Shown here: positions 57,649-64,000 of the stretch, piece by piece
How positions within the stretch are numbered: the stretch's first letter is position 1
Layout: every line of letters begins with the position of its first letter
From: Capsulimonadales bacterium
GTDB lineage: Bacteria > Armatimonadota > Armatimonadia > Armatimonadales > Armatimonadaceae
NCBI GenBank assembly: GCA_033762295.1
Contig: JANRLW010000090.1
Location: 1 to 64,000 of the forward strand
Direction of reading: 5' to 3'
Length of the DNA stretch: 64,000 bases
Made by a program: the position numbers and the translations under genes
Notes under the pieces: model-generated
Told to the model about the DNA's origin: nothing
The model's input: only the letters and a program-made list of their open reading frames with translations
Database searches by the model: none

Positions 57649-58779
57649 TCAGATGACCTGCATCGGCATGAGAACGCAAAGATAGTCCGCGTCATTTTCA
57701 CCGATCGGACGGAGAAGACCGGGACGGAGCGGTTCGGTCAATTCGAGGACGACGCCATCCGTCTCGACGACATTGAGAACGTCCTGAAGATACTTGGCGT
57801 TGAACGCGATCTGAATATCGTCGCCCTCGCGGGCCACCTCGATCTCTTCTCGAACGGAGCCGACCGTTCCGGATTCGGCGGAGAGGATTAACTGCGCGCC
57901 TTCGGTTTCCAGTTTTACGCGGTTCGCGTTGTCGCGGGCGACGATCGCGGCGCGTTTGACCGCACGGGCAAATTCATCGCGTTCCAGGGTCAATTTTCGA
58001 TCATGACCTTGCGGAATGACCCGTTCGTAGTTCGGAAACTGGCCTTCCAGTAACCGCGTGACCATCGTCGTTTTGCCGACTTCGATCCGGCACTGACCGG
58101 CCGCCAGGGAGATGGTGATCGTATCCTCGTCTCCGGCCAGACGAAGCAGTTCGTTCATGGCGCGCGCCGGAACGATGGCCGTGGCGTTGCCGTCCCCTCC
58201 CGGTATTTTCGCGGTCCGAACGGCCAGTCGATGGGTGTCGGTCGCCACCATCTTCAGGATGTCGCCGTTGTAGGACAGAAGGACGCCGGTCAGGATCGGA
58301 CGGGTTTCGTCGGTGGAAACGGCAAAAAGAACGTGGCGGATCATGTCGCGCAACAGTTCGCCCGACAGGGTGAAACTGGCCGTGGTCGTCACCTCCGGAG
58401 GGGCAGGAAACTCCTCGGCGGGAAGTCCGAGGATGTTATACTCGGAGCGTCGGCACTGTACCTGGATCTTGTTGCCGCCGTCGGGGCGATCGAGTCGGAC
58501 GTCGTCATCGGGAAGGGCGGCCAGCATTTCGGTGAAGACACGCGCCGGAACGGTGAAGCCAAGCGTCTCCTCACCGCCGTCGAGCGTTCCTTGAAGACGG
58601 GCGGGAAGATTGCATTCCATCCACATCTCGAGGTCGGTGGCGGTCAGTCGAAGCGATCCGTCGCCTTGCGGCCGGGCGAGGATATGGGAGAGTATGGGCA
58701 GGGTCGATCGACCGGAGACGGCGCGACCGACGGTCTGAACGGCTTCATACAGGTCTTTTCGCGGACAAACAGCTTGCAT
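57649..58779 (-). CDS. dnaN: DNA polymerase III beta clamp
   Basis: LTATDLE, RPILTG, VATDTHRL, GQFPNY, FNAKYL, LMPM. Confidence 0.96.
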   Translation of the reverse strand: MQAVCPRKDLYEAVQTVGRAVSGRSTLPILSHILARPQGDGSLRLTATDLEMWMECNLPARLQGTLDGGEETLGFTVPARVFTEMLAALPDDDVRLDRPDGGNKIQVQCRRSEYNILGLPAEEFPAPPEVTTTASFTLSGELLRDMIRHVLFAVSTDETRPILTGVLLSYNGDILKMVATDTHRLAVRTAKIPGGDGNATAIVPARAMNELLRLAGDEDTITISLAAGQCRIEVGKTTMVTRLLEGQFPNYERVIPQGHDRKLTLERDEFARAVKRAAIVARDNANRVKLETEGAQLILSAESGTVGSVREEIEVAREGDDIQIAFNAKYLQDVLNVVETDGVVLELTEPLRPGLLRPIGENDADYLCVLMPMQVI

Positions 58780-58823
58780 GGGTTATCTCTTTCATCGGAC
58801 GGCGGTCCGGAAGTACGTTGGGA

Positions 58824-59114
58824 TCAGAACCCGATCGGCAACTGGTAGGGTTGCGACGCATTTTCGGGTTCGGCCGTATTGAGGTGCGGGTTGTCCGCAC
58901 GGAGCCGGGTGAGCAGGCGAGAGCGAAGGGCGTCCGAAGCCATCTCCTCGCCGATGCCGGCGCGGAGCCGATCGCGCGTGATACGAAGGGTTTCGGCCTC
59001 GAACGCACAGTGCGGACAGGTCAGAAGGTGTCGTTCCGTCCGCTGTCGGGTCTCCTCGGGAAGGTCGTCGTCCACGTAGGGACCGATCCGGTCGGCGTTT
59101 TCGCTACAGGTCAT
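58824..59114 (-). CDS. zf-HC2 (ZAS) anti-sigma factor, soluble
   Basis: HLLTCPHC; overlaps the sigma gene's end. Confidence 0.85.
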   Translation of the reverse strand: MTCSENADRIGPYVDDDLPEETRQRTERHLLTCPHCAFEAETLRITRDRLRAGIGEEMASDALRSRLLTRLRADNPHLNTAEPENASQPYQLPIGF

Positions 59115-59679
59115 GGGCCTCCTCGTAATACGCCCGGAGGCGGTCGCGCAGGGCGCGCCGGGCGCGGTATAAAAGCGATTTGGTGGCGGCGACGGACTTT
59201 CCGAGCGCCGCCGCCGCTTCGGCGTGGGTTACCTCCTCCAGATCGCAGAGGGTCAGAACGACCTTCCACTCCTCGGGGAGCGTATCCAGAGCGTTCAGCA
59301 GGGCGGAGCGTTCGGCATGGCGTTGCCATTCCTCTTCCGCGCTGCGGTCGGCCGGGGCGGACGATAGCTCCAGGGACGAGAGCGAGAGTGTCGGCAGGCG
59401 CAACTGGCGGCGTTTGTCGGCGGCCAGGTTGCGAACGATAGCGAAGAGCCACGGGCCGAACGTCGGCGCGTCGCCCCGGAACTGTCGCGCCTGTCGAAAG
59501 ACGCGCAGGAATGCCTCCTGCGTCACTTCCTCCGCATCCTCCCGCGTTTCCGTCAGGCGAACCGCCAGCCCCAACGCACGATCGACATATCGGTCGAACA
59601 GCGTTTCCAGCGCCCGAGCGTCTCCCTGGCGGAAGCGAGCGACCAATCGGGCTTCGTAGGCGTCGGTGGTAGGTTTCAT
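59104..59679 (-). CDS. ECF sigma factor
   Basis: DAEEVTQEAFL, WLFAIVRN, KSLLYRAR; start could be 59703. Confidence 0.9.
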   Translation of the reverse strand: MKPTTDAYEARLVARFRQGDARALETLFDRYVDRALGLAVRLTETREDAEEVTQEAFLRVFRQARQFRGDAPTFGPWLFAIVRNLAADKRRQLRLPTLSLSSLELSSAPADRSAEEEWQRHAERSALLNALDTLPEEWKVVLTLCDLEEVTHAEAAAALGKSVAATKSLLYRARRALRDRLRAYYEEAHDL

Positions 59680-59787
59680 CGTCTTACGGAACGGCGTCGT
59701 CAAAGGGAAGACGTGATCGACCGGGGAAAAGCGTCGCGACGATGCGAAAAAATCCGCGGGGTCATCGGAAAAGGCGAAGACCCGCTT

Positions 59788-61053
59788 TCAGAAGGTGACG
59801 CGGGTCTGCAGAGTCAGGCGACGTTTGATGATCTGATCTTTTTCCCCGCTGGAAGGGACATCCCGTTCGTACTCGAACAGGGTTCGGATGGTGAAGCCGG
59901 GGAAAACGTCGAAGTTTGCGCCGATCCCCATGGTCCCCGCATGTTCGGGCCGGTTCGGGAAGTTCCAGCGTTTTCCGTAGGCGACCAGGGTGATCTGCCG
60001 CCTGACCTGCACATTCCCTTCGACGAAGTAACCCCACACGGGGTCCTGATCATCCGCCCCGAAAACGATTTCGCCACGACCGAGAAACGGGCCGTAACGG
60101 TAGATGCCGTCGCCTGCGAAACGGGTTTTTCGAATCACGCGACTCCGGTCCCGGGCGCCGGAAAAGCCGGAGGGGGAAAGGATCGTATCGAAATTGGTGA
60201 TGGGGCCGTTCCCGGTCAGCAGGGAACCGCCGATCTGGAACTGGCCCAGACGGGTGGGGAAGGTGCGATCGAGTCGGAACGTCAGGACCGAATTGGTATC
60301 CGTGTCGCGCCGGTTCGGACCCGCGCCGGTCGTGATCGACCCGGCGTAATGATAGTACTTACCGTACTCTCCCTCGATCATGATGCCGGTATCGACCCGT
60401 AAGCCCAGCGAGAGTTCGTACAGGGGCTGGATCGGTTGGAGCGGCGTGTCGTAGGTGGCCAGAATCCCGAAGGGGAGAACGAACTGCCCGACCCGAACAT
60501 TCGCCGAGACGCCGGGGAAAAGGAAGCGGTAGAACGCGTAGACCTCGGAGGCACGAAGTCGGTTCAACGACGTTCCCTGCTGATCGTCCTCCAGCACGAG
60601 CTGAAAACGGGCGCCGCCGCGTTCGTCGCCGGTGACCGGGTTGGCCCGTATGTAGTCCAGAGTGAACCGCGTGGCGGCGACGTAACCGCCGATGGTTTCC
60701 GAGGTGCCGCTGGTCGTTCGGTTCCGGTATCGAAGGTCGGCGGCGGCATTGAAGAAAAGATTGTTGCGTCGGCGGTAGAAGGGGAGCGGGGCGAAAAGGT
60801 CCGGCCGACGGGAAGCGGTGGAGGGAGGCATGGTCGGCTTGACGCCCGGGGTCGGTTGGGGAACGCCGTCGGCGTTGAATTGGACGTCCGGAACCGGGGG
60901 GGCGGTTTGGGCATGGGCGGAACCGGCCAGGGACAACAAAACTAGCGTGACGGCGAGGCCGACACACCGGCTCTTTTTGAAATCGTCCGCTCCGCTGCCG
61001 ACGCGGGCGACCGTCCGGAGCAGGAATCGTAGGCAGAAAAAACAGGTGGACAC
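59788..61053 (-). CDS. Probable outer-membrane beta-barrel (porin-like) protein
   Basis: Signal AHA|Q, VRVGQFVLPFG, C-terminal TRVTF; start uncertain. Confidence 0.7.
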   Translation of the reverse strand: MSTCFFCLRFLLRTVARVGSGADDFKKSRCVGLAVTLVLLSLAGSAHAQTAPPVPDVQFNADGVPQPTPGVKPTMPPSTASRRPDLFAPLPFYRRRNNLFFNAAADLRYRNRTTSGTSETIGGYVAATRFTLDYIRANPVTGDERGGARFQLVLEDDQQGTSLNRLRASEVYAFYRFLFPGVSANVRVGQFVLPFGILATYDTPLQPIQPLYELSLGLRVDTGIMIEGEYGKYYHYAGSITTGAGPNRRDTDTNSVLTFRLDRTFPTRLGQFQIGGSLLTGNGPITNFDTILSPSGFSGARDRSRVIRKTRFAGDGIYRYGPFLGRGEIVFGADDQDPVWGYFVEGNVQVRRQITLVAYGKRWNFPNRPEHAGTMGIGANFDVFPGFTIRTLFEYERDVPSSGEKDQIIKRRLTLQTRVTF

Positions 61054-61127
61054 GCCAGTATTCTCGGACTTTCCGATCCATTCAGAGAGTGGGAAGGGCG
61101 GCAGGGTTTCGCGTTTTCCGTTCGCCG

Positions 61128-61156
61128 TTGACTGTGATTTATGGCATCGGTATAAT
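61128..61156 (+). promoter_or_regulatory. Sigma70 promoter of the histidine kinase gene
   Basis: TTGACT-N17-TATAAT. Confidence 0.75.
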
Positions 61157-61264
61157 AGGAGGTCGGGTCCGACCTGTCCGGCCGAAAGGCCAGGGTGTCG
61201 GCCCGCCGCTCCGAAGAAGATTTTGAGGTCGTTCGGAGCGTTTAAGAAAGGATTGCTTACCGCG

Positions 61265-63028
61265 ATGCCCACGGATGGCGAAAGCATGGATACGCTCCGG
61301 GATCGCTTGCTGCGTGTCGAGGCGGAACTGGAGAAGCGCAACGACCGAGTCAAGCGACTGGAAAAAGAAATCGAGCGACTGCAGCAGCAGATTCAGGAGG
61401 CCCAGGGCCAGCCGGCGGTGGATTTCTCCGAGATGGAGGAGGCCCTGAAACGGCTTCTGACGCGGGTCGTCATGATTCTGGCGGCGAGTAAGGCGTTGTT
61501 CATGGTCAGCGATACGAAGACCGGTGAACTGTTCGCCGATACGCCGGCGATCGGTTTCGAGGACGCCGATGTCCGACGGCTGCGTATCAAGGATCACCTG
61601 GGCATCTCGGGTGAAGTGTTTCGGGAGAACCAGCCGGTCATTCTGTACGACGCCGAAGCCGATGATCGAGCGGCGGAAGAGCAGTGGTCGCGGCTCGGTA
61701 TCCGGAACGGTCTGTGCGTTCCGCTCGTTATCGAGAAACGCGACGAGGAGACGAACGCGGTCATCGAGCGTCGAACGTTCGGGGTTCTCTGGGTCTTCAA
61801 CAAAAAGTTCGGCAACGCCTTTATCGCCGAGGACGTTCAGTTGCTGACGAGGATGTCGCGGAACGCGGCCGCCATTATCAACGCGGCGGAAACGTTCAAA
61901 ATCCTCGTGAAAGAGCGAGATGAAGCGCTGGAGACCATCGAAAGCCTCTCGATGGGACTGATCATGGTCAACACCAACCAGCGGATCACTCAGATGAACC
62001 ACTCCGCGCTCCGGATCTTCGGTTTGACGAAGGAGGATCTGGCGGGTGGGCGTACCTATGACGCCGTCATCAAGGACGAGAAGGTGCGTGAACTCCTGCG
62101 CCGATCGCTGGAAGAGGATGCGGATGTGTCGGCGGAGGTGCCGCTGACCAATCCGGATAACCCCGACCACAGCCATACCTTTCAGGTTCAGTCGGCGACG
62201 GTGCGCAATGAAATCGGCGAGGCGATCGGGTCCGCGACGATCTTCAACGATATCACCGAGATCAAAAATGTCGACAAGATGAAAACCGCGTTCGTTTCGA
62301 CGGTGTCCCACGAACTTCGGACGCCGCTGACCGCAATCAAGGGATTCATCTCCACCCTGGTACAGGACACCGAAGGGTTTTTTGACAATAACACCCGGCA
62401 TGAATTCTATACCATCATCGATACGGAATGCGACCGCCTCCGTCGACTGATCGATGACCTGTTGAACGTTTCCCGTATCGAGGCGAATGCCGCTCTGGAA
62501 ATGAACCTGACCAAGTTCAATCTGCGCGAGACGCTCGACAAGGTGATCGCCATCCAGAGCGGAAGCACGTATAAAAAGGAAAACCATTCGCTGTCCTGGG
62601 AGATGTCGCCGGACGTCCCGACGGAGATTGAGGCCGACCAGGACAAGATCGAGCAGGTGTTCCATAACCTGATCGGAAACGCGCTCAAATATGCTCCGGG
62701 CGGCGGTCCGGTGCAAGTCACCGGAAAATTGTTGCCCGGCGGTGAAATGCTGGAGTTCGCTATTTCCGACAGAGGTATCGGTATGTCCGACGCGTTCCTG
62801 AAGAAAGTCGGCGAAAAGTTCGCACGCGCCGACAACCGGGATACCCGGACGATCGGCGGCACCGGTATCGGTCTGTTTCTGGTGAAAGCGTTCGTCGAAG
62901 GGCATGGCGGTCGTATGTGGCCTCATTCGGAAGGGGAAGGCAAAGGCTCGACCTTCTTTTTCACGTTGCCTCTGAACCCGAACGCCGACGGTCGGGACGG
63001 CAACCTGGGAAGCCGCGTCGCGGGCTAA
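61265..63028 (+). CDS. Cytoplasmic histidine kinase (coiled coil-GAF-PAS-HisKA-HATPase)
   Basis: [35 protein letters not shown]. Confidence 0.92.
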   Translation: MPTDGESMDTLRDRLLRVEAELEKRNDRVKRLEKEIERLQQQIQEAQGQPAVDFSEMEEALKRLLTRVVMILAASKALFMVSDTKTGELFADTPAIGFEDADVRRLRIKDHLGISGEVFRENQPVILYDAEADDRAAEEQWSRLGIRNGLCVPLVIEKRDEETNAVIERRTFGVLWVFNKKFGNAFIAEDVQLLTRMSRNAAAIINAAETFKILVKERDEALETIESLSMGLIMVNTNQRITQMNHSALRIFGLTKEDLAGGRTYDAVIKDEKVRELLRRSLEEDADVSAEVPLTNPDNPDHSHTFQVQSATVRNEIGEAIGSATIFNDITEIKNVDKMKTAFVSTVSHELRTPLTAIKGFISTLVQDTEGFFDNNTRHEFYTIIDTECDRLRRLIDDLLNVSRIEANAALEMNLTKFNLRETLDKVIAIQSGSTYKKENHSLSWEMSPDVPTEIEADQDKIEQVFHNLIGNALKYAPGGGPVQVTGKLLPGGEMLEFAISDRGIGMSDAFLKKVGEKFARADNRDTRTIGGTGIGLFLVKAFVEGHGGRMWPHSEGEGKGSTFFFTLPLNPNADGRDGNLGSRVAG

Positions 63029-63102
63029 AGGAAACACGGTCGGGGCGACCTTCGCCGCCCCGACCGAAGGAACCGATCATCGGTTCGACGAACGGAGGCT
63101 TA

Positions 63103-63555
63103 ATGGACCTGCGAATTCCGATTCGGCGGCTTCCCGGCGCGGAGGATCTTCCGTTGCCCTCCTACCGGACCGACGGGGCGGCCGGGATGGACCTGTACGC
63201 TGCCATCGCCGAACCGGTCACCCTGCTGCCCGGAGAGCGCGCCGATGTGCCCACCGGGATCGCGATCGCCGTTCCGGTCGGGTTTGAGGCGCAGGTACGG
63301 GCGCGGTCAGGATTGGCTTTGCGACACGGGATTGCGCTCGTCAACGCGCCCGGAACGATCGACAGCGATTACCGCGGAGAAATACGGACGCTTCTCGTAA
63401 ACCTGGGCAGCGAACCGTTCCTGATCACGCGAGGCGACCGGATCGCCCAGTTGACCGTCGCTCCGGTGGTGCGGGCGATCTGGGAGGAGGGCGAGTCATT
63501 GACCGAGACCGACCGGGGCGCGAACGGGTTCGGCAGCACGGGGGTACGGGAGTAG
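63103..63555 (+). CDS. dut: dUTPase
   Basis: [34 protein letters not shown]. Confidence 0.96.
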   Translation: MDLRIPIRRLPGAEDLPLPSYRTDGAAGMDLYAAIAEPVTLLPGERADVPTGIAIAVPVGFEAQVRARSGLALRHGIALVNAPGTIDSDYRGEIRTLLVNLGSEPFLITRGDRIAQLTVAPVVRAIWEEGESLTETDRGANGFGSTGVRE

Positions 63556-63619
63556 GGCGGGATTCATATCCTGATTCGCGAGGGCGTGTCGGCAATGAGG
63601 CGGACCGCAGGAGTGGACG

Positions 63620-64000
63620 ATGGCAACGGCAATCGATCGAAAGAGACTTCGTGAGGAAGAGGACCTGTCCGTAGGTCCTCTGCTGGCCCGCGCCAAGCTG
63701 TTTCGCATCCGGCAGCAATGGGATGAGGCGATTGCCGCCTGTACGGACGCGCTTCGAAAGTTCCCTCTGTCGGTGACCGCCTGCTCTCTTCTCGGCGAGA
63801 TTTACGAGGCGCAGAAACGTCCGGAGGATGCCGCCCAGTGGTATGCGATGGCACTGGAACGGGACCCGGAGAGCGAGTCGGACCGGGCCGGACTGGAACG
63901 GATGACGGCCGCGCAACGGGCGAAGCAGTCCTCTTCGGTGGCGTTAAAACCGGCGAACCCCGCTCCCGTCACGCCGAAACCGGTCACGGAAAAGACGCTG
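63620..64000 (+). CDS. TPR protein, truncated by the window edge
   Basis: Manual translation MATAIDRKRL...WDEAIAAC..LLGEIYEAQKRPEDAAQWYAMALERDP; AGGAG SD. Confidence 0.75.
   Translation, partial: MATAIDRKRLREEEDLSVGPLLARAKLFRIRQQWDEAIAACTDALRKFPLSVTACSLLGEIYEAQKRPEDAAQWYAMALERDPESESDRAGLERMTAAQRAKQSSSVALKPANPAPVTPKPVTEKTL

Noticed and set aside
61139..63037. 632-aa minus-strand ORF
   Set aside because: Antisense to the histidine kinase

Overview
GC-rich bacterial chromosomal window with about 60 genes. The mix of a DUF1559 prepilin-like protein, an SLH protein, outer-membrane barrels and a TPR/ASPIC-UnbV pair suggests Armatimonadota or a similar diderm; this is inference only. Housekeeping genes: ung, aroF-tyrA-aroA-cmk-plsC, dnaN, dut, pilT-pilC. 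Sugar and uptake genes: GH4, rhamnulokinase, GH116, GH18, a PfkB kinase and phnDCEE. I saw no tRNA, rRNA, transposase or CRISPR array. Signals not obvious from the ORF track: (1) a DUF3179 gene split by an in-frame TGA in a U-P-L-C motif with a SECIS-like hairpin, i.e. a probable selenoprotein; (2) a pseudoknotted, SD-sequestering 5' leader RNA before an ankyrin gene; (3) a SigB/F-type sigma factor fused to a degenerate GGDEF domain with an intact RxxD site, divergent from pilT/pilC; (4) a tight six-gene DUF6754 membrane operon; (5) an unannotated ~145-nt transcript with a consensus promoter and terminator; (6) a Pho-box-like triple repeat before the DUF1559 gene; (7) an S1/P1-nuclease-esterase fusion running off the left edge. 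Family calls come from motif recognition, not database searches.
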